Part shown: positions 15,001 to 28,860 of the stretch, one piece after another
Position numbering within the stretch: position 1 is the first letter of the stretch
Layout of the letters: every line of letters begins with the position of its first letter
Source of the DNA: Eledone cirrhosa
Lineage: Eukaryota
Assembly: GCA_964016885.1 (NCBI GenBank)
Contig: OZ024740.1
Location: 28,768,001 to 28,832,000 of the forward strand
Direction: 5' to 3'
DNA length: 64,000 nt
Made by a program: the position numbers and the translations under genes
The notes under the pieces: generated by a model
What the model was told of the DNA's origin: nothing
What the model saw: the letters and a program-made list of their open reading frames with translations, nothing else
Databases searched by the model: none

Positions 15001-18000
15001 GTGTCTACTGTGTTAACAGCTGTGTTATATATGTGTCTACTGTGTCAACAGCTGTCTTATATATGTCTACTGTGTTAACTGCTGTGTTATATATGTGTCT
15101 ACTGTGTTAACAGCTGTCTTATATATATGTCTACTGTTCTAACAGCTGTCTTATATATGTGTCTACTGTGTTAACAGCTGTCTTATATATGTGTCTACTG
15201 TGTTAACTGCTGTGTTATATATGTGTCTACTGTGTTAACAGCTGTGTTATATATGTCTACTGTGTTAACAGCTGTCTTATATATGTGTCTACTGTGTTAA
15301 CAGCTGTCTTATATATGCGTCTACTGTGTTAATAGCTGTCTTATGTATGTGTCTACTGTGTTAACAGCTGTCTTATATATGCGTCTACTGTGTCAACAGC
15401 TGTCTTATATATGTGTCTACTGTGTTAACAGCTGTCTTATATATGCGTCTACTGTGTTAACTGCTGTGTTATATATGTGTCTACTGTGTTAACAGCTGTC
15501 TTATATATGTGTCTACTGTGTTAACAGCTGTCTTATATATGTGTCTACTTGGTTAACAGCTGTCTTAAATATGTGTCTACTGTGTTAACAGCTGTCTTAT
15601 ATATGTGTCTACTGTGTCAACAGCTGTGTTATATATGTGTCTACTGTGTTAACAGCTGTCTTATATATGTGTCTACTGTGTTAACAGCTGTGTTATATAT
15701 GTGTCTACTGTGTCAACAGCTGTCTTATATATGTGTCTACTGTGTTAACAGCTGTCTTATATATGTGTCTACTGTGTTAACAGCTGTCTTACATATGTGT
15801 GTACTGTGTCAACAGCTGTGTTATATATGTGTCTACTGTGTTAACAGCTGTCTTATATATGTGTCTACTGTGTTAACAGCTGTCTTATATATGTGTCTTC
15901 TGTGTTAACAGCTGTCTTATATATGTGTCTACTGTGTTAACAGCTGTGTTATATATGTGTCTACTGTGTCAACAGCTGTGTTATATATGTGTCTACTGTG
16001 TTAACAGCTGTCTTACATATGTGTGTACTGTGTCAACAGCTGTGTTATATATGTGTCTACTGTGTTAACAGCTGTCTTATATATGTGTCTACTGTGCTAA
16101 CAGCTGTCTTATATATGTGTCTACTGTGTTAACAGATGTCTTATATATGTGTCTACTGTGCTAACACCTGTCTTATATATGTGTCTACTGTGTTAACAGA
16201 TGTCTTATATATGTGTCTACTGTGTTAACAGCTGTGTTATATATGTGTCTACTGTGCTAACAGCTGTCTTATATATGTGTCTACTGTGTTAACAGCTGTG
16301 TTATATATGTGTGTACTGTGTCAACAGCTGTGTTATATATGTGTCTACTGTGTTAACAGCTGTCTTATATATGTGTCTACTGTGTCAACAGCTGTGTTAT
16401 ATATGTGTCTACTGTGTTAACAGCTGTCTTAAATATGTGTCTACTGTGTTAACAGCTCTCTTATATATGTGTCTACTGTGTTAACAGCTGTCTTATATAT
16501 GTGTCTACTGTGTTAACAGCTGTCTTATATATGTGTCTACTGTGTTAACAGCTGTCTTATATATGTGTCTACTGTGTTAACAGCTGTGTTATATATGTGT
16601 CTACTGTGTTAACAGCTGTGTTATATATGTGTCTACTGTGTCAACAGCTGTCTTATATATGTGTCTACTGTGTTAACAGCTGTGTTATATATGTGTCTAC
16701 TGTGCTAACAGCTGTCTTATATATGTGTCTACTGTGTTAACAGCTGTCTTATATATGTGTCTACTGTGTTAACAGCTGTCTTATATATGTGTCTACTGTG
16801 CTAACAGCTGTCTTATATATGTGTCTACTGTGTTAACTGCTGTGTTATATATGTGTCTACTGTGTTAACAGCTGTGTTATATATGTCTACTGTGTTAACA
16901 GCTGTGTTATATATGTGTCTACTGTGTCAACAGCTGTGTTATATATGTGTTTACTGTGCTAACAGCTGTCTTATATATGTGTCTACTGTGTTAACAGCTG
17001 TCTTATATATGTGTCTACTGTATTAACAGCTGTCGTATATATGCGTCTATTGTGTCAACAGCTGTCTTATATATGTGTCTACAGTGTCAACAGCTGTCTT
17101 ATATATGTGTCTACTGTGTTAACAGCCGTGTTATATATGTGTCTACTGTGTTAACTGCTGTGTTATATATGTGTCTACTGTGTTAACTGCTGTGTTATAC
17201 ATGTGTCTACTGTGTCAACAGCTGTGTTATATATGTGTCTACTGTGTTAACAGCTGTGTTATATATGTGTCTACTGTGCTAACAGCTATCTTATATATGT
17301 GTCTACTGTGTTAACAGCTGTCTTATATATGTGTCTACTGTGCTAACAGCTGTCTTATATATGTGTCTACTGTGTTAACAGCTGTCTTATATATGTGTCT
17401 ACTGTGTCAACAGCTGTCTTATATATGTGTCTACTGTGTTAACAGCTGTCTTAAATATGTGTCTGCTGTGTTAACAGCTGTCTTATATATGTGTCTACTG
17501 TGTTAACAGCTGTCTTATATATGTGTCTACTGTGTTAACAGCTGTGTTATATATGTGTGTACTGTGTCAACAGCTGTGTTATATATGTGTGTACTGTGTC
17601 AACAGCTGTGTTATATATGTGTCTACTGTGTTAACAGCTGTCTTATATATGTGTCTACTGTGCTAACAGCTGTCTTATATATGTGTCTACTGTGTTAACA
17701 GCTGTCTTATATATGTCTACTGTGTTAACTGCTGTGTTATATATGTGTCTACTGTGTTAACAGCTGTCTTATATATATGTCTACTGTTCTAACAGCTGTC
17801 TTATATATGTATCTACTGTGTTAACAGCTGTCTTATATATGTGTCTACTGTGTTAACTGCTGTGTTATATATGTGTCTACTGTGTTAACAGCTGTGTTAT
17901 ATATGTCTACTGTGTTAACAGCTGTGTTATATATGTGTCTACTGTGTCAACAGCTGTGTTATATATGTGTCTACTGTGTTAACAGCTGTCTTATATATGT

Positions 18001-21000
18001 GTCTACTGTGTTAACAGCTGTCTTATATATGCGTCTACTGTGTTAATAGCTGTCTTATATATGTGTCTACTGTGTTAACAGCTGTCTTATATATGCGTCT
18101 ACTGTGTCAACAGCTGTCTTATATATGTGTCTACTGTGTTAACAGCTGTCTTATATATGCGTCTACTGTGTTAACTGCTGTGTTATATATGTGTCTACTG
18201 TGTTAACAGCTGTCTTATATATGTGTCTACTGTGTTAACAGCTGTCTTATATATGTGTCTACTTGGTTAACAGCTGTCTTAAATATGTGTCTACTGTGTT
18301 AACAGCTGTCTTATATATGTGTCTACTGTGTCAACAGCTGTGTTATATATGTGTCTACTGTGTTAACAGCTGTCTTATATATGTGTCTACTGTGTTAACA
18401 GCTGTGTTATATATGTGTCTACTGTGTCAACAGCTGTCTTATATATGTGTCTACTGTGTTAACAGCTGTCTTATATATGTGTCTACTGTGTTAACAGCTG
18501 TCTTACATATGTGTGTACTGTGTCAACAGCTGTGTTATATATGTGTCTACTGTGATAACAGCTGTCTTATATATGTGTCTACTGTGTTAACAGCTGTCTT
18601 ATATATGCGTCTACTGTGTTAACAGCTGTCTTATATATGTGTCTACTGTGTTAACACCTGTGTTATATATGTGTCTACTGTGCTAACAGCTGTCTTATAT
18701 ATGTGTCTACTGTGTCAACAGCTGTCTTATATATGTGTCTACTGTGTTAACAGCTGTCTTATATATGTGTCTTCTGTGTTAACAGCTGTCTTATATATGT
18801 GTCTACTGTGTTAACAGCTGTGTTATATATGTGTCTACTGTGTCAACAGCTGTGTTATATATGTGTCTACTGTGTTAACAGCTGTCTTACATATGTGTGT
18901 ACTGTGTCAACAGCTGTGTTATATATGTGTCTACTGTGTTAACAGCTGTCTTATATATGTGTCTACTGTGCTAACAGCTGTCTTATATATGTGTCTACTG
19001 TGTTAACAGATGTCTTATATATGTGTCTACTGTGCTAACACCTGTCTTATATATGTGTCTACTGTGTTAACAGATGTCTTATATATGTGTCTACTGTGTT
19101 AACAGCTGTGTTATATATGTGTCTACTGTGCTAACAGCTGTCTTATATATGTGTCTACTGTGTTAACAGCTGTGTTATATATGTGTCTACTGTGTCAACA
19201 GCTGTGTTATATATGTGTCTACTGTGTTAACAGCTGTCTTACATATGTGTGTACTGTGTCAACAGCTGTGTTATATATGTGTCTACTGTGTTAACAGCTG
19301 TCTTATATATGTGTCTACTGTGTTAACAGCTGTGTTATATATGTGTGTACTGTGTCAACAGCTGTGTTATATATGTGTCTACTGTGTTAACAGCTGTCTT
19401 ATATATGTGTCTACTGTGTTAACAGCTGTCTTATATATGTGTCTACTGTGTCAACAGCTGTGTTATATATGTGTCTACTGTGTTAACAGCTGTCTTATAT
19501 ATGTGTCTACTGTGCTAACAGCTGTCTTATATATGTGTCTACTGTGTTAACAGCTGTCTTATATATGTCTACTGTGTTAACTGCTGTGTTATATATGTGT
19601 CTACTGTGTTAACAGCTGTCTTATATATATGTCTACTGTTCTAACAGCTGTCTTATATATGTGTCTACTGTGTTAACAGCTGTCTTATATATGTGTCTAC
19701 TGTGTTAACTGCTGTGTTATATATGTGTCTACTGTGTTAACAGCTGTGTTATATATGTCTACTGTGTTAACAGCTGTGTTATATATGTGTCTACTGTGTC
19801 AACAGCTGTGTTATATATGTGTCTACTATGTTAACAGCTGTCTTATATATGTGTCTACTGTGTTAACAGCTGTCTTATATATATGTCTACTGTGTTAACA
19901 GCTGTCTTATATATGTGTCTACTGTGTTAACTGCTGTGTTATATATGTGTCTACTGTGTTAACAGCTGTGTTATATATGTCTACTGTGTTAACAGCTGTG
20001 TTATATATGTGTCTACTGTGTCAACAGCTGTGTTATATATGTGTCTACTGTGTTAACAGCTGTCTTATATATGTGTCTACTGTGTTAACAGCTGTCTTAT
20101 ATATGCGTCTACTGTGTTAATAGCTGTCTTATATATGTGTCTACTGTGTTAACAGTTGTCTTATATATGCGTCTACTGTGTCAACAGCTGTCTTATATAT
20201 GTGTCTACTGTGTTAACAGCTGTCTTATATATGCGTCTACTGTGTTAACTGCTGTGTTATATATGTGTCTACTGTGTTAACAGCTGTCTTATATATGTGT
20301 CTACTGTGTTAACAGCTGTCTTATATATGTGTCTACTTGGTTAACAGCTGTCTTAAATATGTTTCTACTGTGTTAACAGCTGTCTTATATATGTGTCTAC
20401 TGTGTCAACAGCTGTGTTATATATGTGTCTACTGTGTTAACAGCTGTCTTATATATGTGTCTACTGTGTTAACAGCTGTGTTATATATGTGTCTACTGTG
20501 TCAACAGCTGTCTTATATATGTGTCTACTGTGTTAACAGCTGTCTTACATATGTGTGTACTGTGTCAACAGCTGTGTTATATATGTGTCTACTGTGTTAA
20601 CAGCTGTCTTATATATGTGTCTACTGTGTTAACAGCTGTCTTATATATGTGTCTTCTGTGTTAACAGCTGTCTTATATATGTGTCTACTGTGTTAACAGC
20701 TGTGTTATATATGTGTCTACTGTGTCAACAGCTGTGTTATATATGTGTCTACTGTGTTAACAGCTGTCTTACATATGTGTGTACTGTGTCAACAGCTGTG
20801 TTATATATGTGTCTATTGTGTTAACAGCTGTCTTATATATGTGTCTACTGTGCTAACAGCTGTCTTATATATGTGTCTACTGTGTTAACAGATGTCTTAT
20901 ATATGTGTCTACTGTGCTAACACCTGTCTTATATATGTGTCTACTGTGTTAACAGATGTCTTATATATGTGTCTACTGTGTTAACAGCTGTGTTATATAT

Positions 21001-24000
21001 GTGTCTACTGTGCTAACAGCTGTCTTATATATGTGTCTACTGTGTTAACAGCTGTGTTATGTATGTGTGTACTGTGTCAACAGCTGTGTTATATATGTGT
21101 CTACTGTGTTAACAGCTGTCTTAAATATGTGTCTACTGTGTTAACAGCTCTCTTATATATGTGTCTACTGTGTTAACAGCTGTCTTATATATGTGTCTAC
21201 TGTGTTAACAGCTGTCTTATATATGTGTCTACTGTGTTAACAGCTGTGTTATATATGTGTCTACTGTGTTAACAGCTGTGTTATATATGTGTCTACTGTG
21301 TTAACAGCTGTCTTATATATGTGTCTACTGTGTCAACAGCTGTCTTATATATGTGTCTACTGTGTTAACAGCTGTCTTATATATGTGTCTACTGTGTTAA
21401 CAGCTGTGTTATATATGTGTCTACTGTGTCAACAGCTGTCTTATATATGTGTCTACTGTGTTAACAGCTGTCTTATATATGTGTCTACTGTGCTAACAGC
21501 TGTCTTATATATGTGTCTACTGTGTTAACAGCTGTCTTATATATGTGTCTACTGTGTTAACAGCTGTCTTATATATGTGTCTACTGTGCTAACAGCTGTC
21601 TTATATATGTGTCTACTGTGTTAACTGCTGTGTTATATATGTGTCTACTGTGTTAACAGCTGTGTTATATATGTCTACTGTGTTAACAGCTGTGTTATAT
21701 ATGTGTCTACTGTGTCAACAGCTGTGTTATATATGTGTTTACTGTGCTAACAGCTGTCTTATATATGTGTCTACTGTGTTAACAGCTGTCTTATATATGT
21801 GTCTACTGTATTAACAGCTGTCGTATATATGCGTCTATTGTGTCAACAGCTGTCTTATATATGTGTCTACTGTGTTAACAGCTGTCTTATATATGTGTCT
21901 ACTGTACTAACAGCTGTCTTATATATCTGTCTACAGTGTCAACAGCTGTCTTATATATGTGTCTACTGTGTTAACAGCCGTGTTATATATGTGTCTACTG
22001 TGTTAACTGCTGTGTTATATATGTGTCTACTGTGTTAACTGCTGTGTTATACATGTGTCTACTGTGTCAACAGCTGTGTTATATATGTGTCTACTGTGTT
22101 AACAGCTGTGTTATATATGTGTCTACTGTGCTAACAGCTATCTTATATATGTGTCTACTGTGTTAACAGCTGTCTTATATGTGTCTACTGTGCTAACAGC
22201 TGTCTTATATATGTGTCTACTGTGTTAACAGCTGTCTTATATATGTGTCTACTGTGTCAACAGCTGTCTTATATATGTGTCTACTGTGTTAACAGCTGTC
22301 TTAAATATGTGTCTGCTGTGTTAACAGCTGTCTTATATATGTGTCTACTGTGTTAACAGCTGTCTTATATATGTGTCTACTGTATTAACAGCTGTGTTAT
22401 ATATGTGTGTACTGTGTCAACAGCTGTGTTATATATGTGTGTACTGTGTCAACAGCTGTGTTATATATGTGTCTACTGTGTTAACAGCTGTCTTATATAT
22501 GTGTCTACTGTGCTAACAGCTGTCTTATATATGTGTCTACTGTGTTAACAGCTGTCTTATATATGTCTACTGTGTTAACTGCTGTGTTATATATGTGTCT
22601 ACTGTGTTAACAGCTGTCTTATATATATGTCTACTGTTCTAACAGCTGTCTTATATATGTGTCTACTGTGTTAACAGCTGTCTTATATATGTGTCTACTG
22701 TGTTAACTGCTGTGTTATATATGTGTCTACTGTGTTAACAGCTGTGTTATATATGTCTACTGTGTTAACAGCTGTGTTATATATGTGTCTACTGTGTCAA
22801 CAGCTGTGTTATATATGTGTCTACTGTGTTAACAGCTGTCTTATATATGTGTCTACTGTGTTAACAGCTGTCTTATATATATGTCTACTGTGTTAACTGC
22901 TGTGTTATATATGTGTCTACTGTGTTAACAGATGTGTTATATATGTGTCTACTGTGTTAACAGCTGTCTTATATATGTGTCTACTGTGCTAACAGCTGTC
23001 TTATATATATGTCTACTGTGTTAACAGCTGTCTTATATATGTGTATACTGTGTTAACAGCTGTGTTATATATATGTCCACTGTATTAACAGCTGTGTTAT
23101 ATATGTGTCTACTGTGTCAACAGCTGTCTTATATATGTGTCTACTATGTTAACAGCTGTCTTATATATGTGTCTACTGTGCTAACAGCTGTCTTATATAT
23201 ATGTCTACTGTGTTAACAGCTGTCTTATATATGTGTCTACTGTGTTAACAGCTGTCTTATATATGTGTCTACTGTGTTAACTGCTGTGTTATATATGTGT
23301 CTACTGTGTCAACAGCTGTGTTATATAAATGTCTACTTTGTTAACTGCTGTGTTATATATGTGTCTACTGTGTTAACTGCTGTGTTATATATGTGTCTAC
23401 TGTGTTAACAGCTGTCTTATATATGTGTCTACTGTGTTAACAGCTGTCTTATATATGTGTCTACTGTATTAACAGCTGTCTTATATATGTGTCTACTGTG
23501 TTAACAGCTGTCTTATATATGTGTCTACTGTGTCAACAGCTGTCTTATATATGTGTCTACTGTGTTAACAGCTGTCTTATATATGTGTCTACTGTGTTAA
23601 CAGCTGTCTTATATATGTGTCTACTGTGTCAACAGCTGTGTTATATACATGTCTACTGTGCTAACAGCTGTCTTATATATGTGTCTACTGTGTTAACAGC
23701 TGTCTTATATATGTGTCTACTGTGTTAACAGCTGTGTTATATATGTGTCTACTGTGTTAACAGCTGTCTTATATATGTGTCTACTGTGCTAACAGCTGTC
23801 TTATATATGTGTCTACTGTGTTAACAGCTGTCTTATATATGTGTCTACTGTGCTAACAGCTGTCTTATATATGTGTCTACTGTGTTAACAGCTGTCTTAT
23901 ATATGTGTCTACTGTGCTAACAGCTGTCTTATATATGTGTCTACTGTGTTAACAGCTGTCTTATATTTGTGTCTACTGTGTTAACAGCTGTCTTATATAT

Positions 24001-25015
24001 GTGTCTACTGTGCTAACAGCTGTCTTATATATGTGTCTACTGTGTTAACAGCTGTCTTATATATGTGTCTACTGTGCTAACAGCTGTCTTATATATGTGT
24101 CTACTGTGTTAACAGCTGTCTTATATATGTGTCTACTGTGCTAACAGCTGTCTTATATATGTGTCTACTGTGTTAACAGCTGTCTTATATATGTGTCTAC
24201 TGTGCTAACAGCTGTCTTATATATGTGTCTACTGTGTTAACAGCTGTCTTATATATGTGTCTACTGTGTTAACAGCTGTCTTATATATGTGTCTACTGTG
24301 TCAACAGCTGTCTTATATATGTGTCTACTGTGTTAACAGCTGTCTTAAATATGTGTCTGCTGTGTTAACAGCTGTCTTATATATGTGTCTACTGTGTTAA
24401 CAGCTGTCTTATATATGTGTCTACTGTGTTAACAGCTGTGTTATATATGTGTCTACTGTGTCAACAGCTGTCTTATATATGTTATATATGTGTCTACTGT
24501 GTTAACAGCTGTCTTATATATGTGTCTACTGTGTTAACAGCTCTCTTATATATGTGTCTACTGTGTTAACAGCTGTCTTATATATGTGTCTACTGTGTTA
24601 ACAGCTGTCTTATATATGTGTCTACTGTGTTAACAGCTGTCTTACATATGTGTCTACTGTGTTAACAGCTGTCTTATATATGTGTCTACTGTGTTAACAG
24701 CTGTCTTATATATGTGTCTACTGTGCTAACAGCTGTCTTATATATGTGTCTACTGTGTTAACAGCTGCCTTATATATGTGTCTACTGTGTTAACTGCTGT
24801 GTTATATATGTGTCTACTGTGTTAACAGCTGTCTTATATATGTGTCTACTGTGCTAACAGCTGTCTTATATATGTGTCTACTGTGTTAACAGCTGTCTTA
24901 TATATGTGTCTACTGTGTTAACTGCTGTGTTATATATGTGTCTACTGTGTTAACAGCTGTCTTATATATGTGTCTACTGTGTTAACAGCTGTCTTATATA
25001 TGTGTCTACTGTGTC
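1..25015. repeat. 32-bp satellite array, consensus TTAACAGCTGTCTTATATATGTGTCTACTGTG (~780 monomers; continues beyond the window start)
   Basis: Uninterrupted tandem monomer with point variants (GTC/GTG, TTAAC/TCAAC/CTAAC, 30-bp TG-deleted units). Ends abruptly at ...CTACTGTGTCA near 25015. All ORFs in this range are translations of the repeat. Confidence 0.99.
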
Positions 25016-25142
25016 ACTCGGGTGGGCGAGTCTATTTTAGATGCTCTGGTGGTGGATGGGTCTGTAATGTTTTTCAAGAAATTTTCTCTTCAAATTAAGA
25101 CATTGCATTACACGCATATGAGCATAATAGAAACAAATATAG

Positions 25143-25470
<328 letters not shown>

Positions 25471-25873
25471 ATAATAGAATACAGATGGGAAAATCAATTG
25501 TATCTTGTTGACAGTTCAGTCAGGTTATTTCAGTGGTCACGTGAAAATGCACCAATCAATTAAAGATGGCGTTATTCTTGTATTAGTAGTAGTATTACTA
25601 GTCGTAGTTGTTGTTACATTCTTCAGTCCAACACTAAGATTACCAGTGAGGCAGTGTGTTATATACATGAACGAATGTCTCCTGATACTTGAGGAATAAA
25701 TATAGAATTTCTCTTGATTTATCTAGATAGGCTGCATTCTATTGCAATGTAGGGTTTCTTTAGTTTTTTTGTTTTTGTTTATTGATTCTTTTATGCTTTG
25801 AGGTTTCTTTTTTTTTTTTTTATTATTGCAAGGATTGTATCTGACTGGACAGAAAATTAGTTTCCTATATATG

Positions 25874-25911
<38 letters not shown>

Positions 25912-26254
25912 ATATGTAGAAAAGATAACACACTAGAGAGAGTGTGTGTGTGCGATCAAAAAACAGGGAAACCACCAGTGTATGGAATCTATAAGAGCTC
26001 AGGATTCCTTTCCTTTGAGCACATAATTTACAGGGAATAACGCAAGTCTATGACTCCGTTGATATTTGGATACTTTGCTGCTTATAACAGTCTTTCCTCT
26101 CTGTTTGGTTAATCACTTTTCTTTGAGTGGTTTCGGGCTGCCATTTCTAGCAGCTCGTTACTCAATGCCCTTCGCATGCTATCACTTCTCTCTACCGCGT
26201 GGTGTAGGACGGTTATCTTAAGTATTTTAGAGTTGTCTGGAATGTATCTGCTAA

Positions 26255-26337
26255 GCACACGCTGATGAAACGTTGGTATTTACATTTCAGTCACTAATAT
26301 AGTGGCGAAACGAATCCTTTTGGATTTGTACGCGTGT
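26255..26337 (+). ncRNA. Degenerate type I hammerhead ribozyme motif
   Basis: GCACACG-CTGATGA(26262)...GTCACTA ata TAGTGGC-GAAA(26307)-CGAATCC tttt GGATTTG-TA-CGCGTGT. Stems I (6/7) and III pair, but about 21 extra nt separate the core from the stem II hairpin. Confidence 0.55.
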
Positions 26338-26584
26338 GTTATAGAGGTGCGTATACACGTTTTGATTTATATTTTCAATTATTATGTCTACCTTACCTTC
26401 CGTAGTTTATAGATTCCCTACACTGGTGGTTTCCCTGTTTTTTGATAACACACACTCTCTCTCTCTCTCTCTCTCTCTAGGGTGTTACCCTTTCTACATA
26501 TTGTATTTTGAAGAGCTCGGGATTCCTTTTCTTTTGAGCACATTATTGACATGGAATAACGAGAGTCTATGACTCCGTTGATAT

Positions 26585-26675
26585 TTGTATATATATATAT
26601 ATATGTGTGTGTGTGTATGTATATATAAATATACATGTGTACACTAACTTACATACATATATGTACGAATAAATG

Positions 26676-26710
<35 letters not shown>

Positions 26711-26754
26711 ATATATATATATGTGTACACTAACTTACATACATATATGTACGA

Positions 26755-26813
<59 letters not shown>

Positions 26814-26959
26814 AAGAATTGGCTGGATAAGGTATGCTTAAATATAAGAGTAAGAAGAAAGCAAGAACTTCGGGGGGGGGGGGGCAGTCTTCTCGTCAGT
26901 TGTCTGCTGGGGGTCTCGGATATTTCTTCGCATTAAAGGCAAGATATATACTCACATAA

Positions 26960-27009
<50 letters not shown>

Positions 27010-27081
27010 GAAAAGAGTCAGGACCCCGACAGCTGAGCTCCGGCCGTTTTCACAGCTAGATCTGAATCTCTCTCTCTCTCG

Positions 27082-27118
<37 letters not shown>

Positions 27119-27120
27119 GT
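26585..27120. repeat. (TA)n/(TC)n microsatellite cluster with a short local duplication (ACACTAACTTACATACATATATGTACGAATAAAT x2)
   Basis: Direct reading. Confidence 0.9.
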
Positions 27121-27225
27121 AATAATTATAAATTTGAAGACTAAAATCCAAAGAGGGCTCGATAAGGATAAATATATACTTAATCTGTTATTTTAATAAA
27201 TATATACGTGTGTGTGTGTGTAAAA

Positions 27226-27310
27226 ATGACTGCTACAGGACTAGAACCATTTCATTCGTACGAAATCATCATAAATGTCCCCTGATCAGTTCTAGTCCTG
27301 TAGAAGTGAT
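27226..27310. repeat. Short palindromic element made of two inverted, partial hammerhead-like motifs
   Basis: The left arm reverse-complements to (A)TGATGA-TTTCGTACGAAT-GAAA-TGGTTCTAGTCCTG-TA-GCAGTC. The right arm is CCCTGAT|CAGTTCTAGTCCTGTAGAAG with an internal deletion. Same family as 30841-30930 and 31231-31281. Confidence 0.6.
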
Positions 27311-27329
27311 GTATATATATAAATGAGTA

Positions 27330-28860
27330 TGGTCACTAAAATATAATAACATTAAATACTCCATCTCTTGGAGAAAATTAAGGTTTGCTATCGCTTAACC
27401 AGAAGTCTACAATCCCCGGATTTTGCCATCTCTGCAACAAAGAAATCTTTCACATAATCACCAACCATGACAAAATAATTAACAAAAAAATGAAATATTT
27501 ACTTCTTGTATCCATAAAATCGGAAAGACTTTCCAGGCAATGTACCAGTTCCAAAAGAATACGGACAAATAACACCTTGAATATATACAAATTTGCCTAA
27601 TTGAAGTACAAATTATATATAAGAGCATGACCTCATTGAGAGTATTATCCTATGAAATATCTGGATAGTTCACTATTTAATTAGACCTAAATTAAGATAT
27701 AAAGATTAGATATGTTGAAGAATTTTTTTAAAAATCGTTTGATGTGAGAGAAGATATTCCCTGTGGGGAAAAATTGTACAGGGATAAAAGAGTTATCTCC
27801 CTTTTGTTTAGATTTTGCCTACAAACCATTTCATATCAGCTTACAAAAAAATATATATAAAATATAGATTAATAAAAGTAATTATTAATAGTACATAGAC
27901 TATCATTAAACCTAAACTCTATATATTAGAATAACTAAATATAGAGGTAATTATAAATATAACCCCTCTTTAAGTGAAATAAAGTTTACGGAAAGTAAGC
28001 ATAACCACATGTAGATTATAAAAATGAATGAATATATAAAAACTCACGAAGTTTAATCTCAAGTGGAATTTTGAATTAATTTAGCGGATAAATGAATATA
28101 TTATAGAGTGATGTGGATATATGCATATTTAATACATATTTAATAGATATTTAACAAACATTAAAGATAAAGTGTTTAAATGTACTTTATAATGCTACAA
28201 AGAATATAACAATATCTCACCTTATAATAAAACATTGTCATAACCTCGAAGGAATTAAATTAATTTAAGCATATAAATATGTAAGAACTTAAATATTCGA
28301 TTGTCATAGAAATTAATCTATGCCCAATTAATCTAGATATATTATAAACCTTTAAATTAATTAAAGCGTAATCCAATGCAAGCGGCACTCATTGGTAACT
28401 ATTAAGAATAATTTTTTAATTTCTGTCTAGGGTCTGAATGCAACGGTTATTTTTTATCCACTTCTTTCTTCTCTTTCTCTTTTTTTTCTCTTCACATTTT
28501 TATTTTCAACTTTCCTTCTATATTTCTTTGTTGCTTTACGTCTTCTTCTCTAAGTTAACATATTATTTGTGGTATATAAATGTTGAATGTCGAGGAAATA
28601 ACTTACTACCACTACAGGTATTGAAGGTTCAAGACCTTAGGGGTATGTCGAACAGCCAATCTTTTATGTTTTATCTGATGAAAGCGTACTTAAAAACCAC
28701 AGTACCCTTGAAATATGTATAATAAAATATATACTTTGGTTATGAAAATTCTCATTTATTAATATTTTGAATTTTATAGATACTCCAGATAAAACACTGT
28801 TGAGTGCTTCTAAACTATTGTAAAATTGAATTCGTTGAATAATCAACGAACCATATAAAC
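27330..28860 (+). mobile_element. Penelope-like element remnant, family 2 (GIY-YIG C-terminus plus pLTR with hammerhead)
   Basis: Frameshifted translation NNIKYSISW...GFCHLCNKEIFHII...INKK-EIFTSCIHK matches the PLE endonuclease tail (W..CxLC..E....N...E....C.H). It is followed by an AT-rich UTR and a hammerhead at 28666 homologous to the one at 39151. Confidence 0.7.
28666..28730 (+). ncRNA. Minimal type I hammerhead ribozyme (Penelope pLTR type)
   Basis: Stem I ATGTTTTAT/ATAAAATAT; core CTGATGA (28675); stem II AAG.GTACT/AGTAC.CTT; GAAA (28710); 1-bp stem III T-ATGT-A; predicted AUA cleavage triplet. Confidence 0.8.

Noticed and set aside
21-23728. Many Cys/Val/Leu-rich ORFs (MSTVLTAVLYMCLLC...)
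   Set aside because: Translations of the 32-bp satellite; they open only where TAA mutates to CAA
1-25015. CRISPR-like array (32-bp partly palindromic repeat)
   Set aside because: Units are contiguous with no unique spacers, there are no cas genes, and the context is eukaryotic
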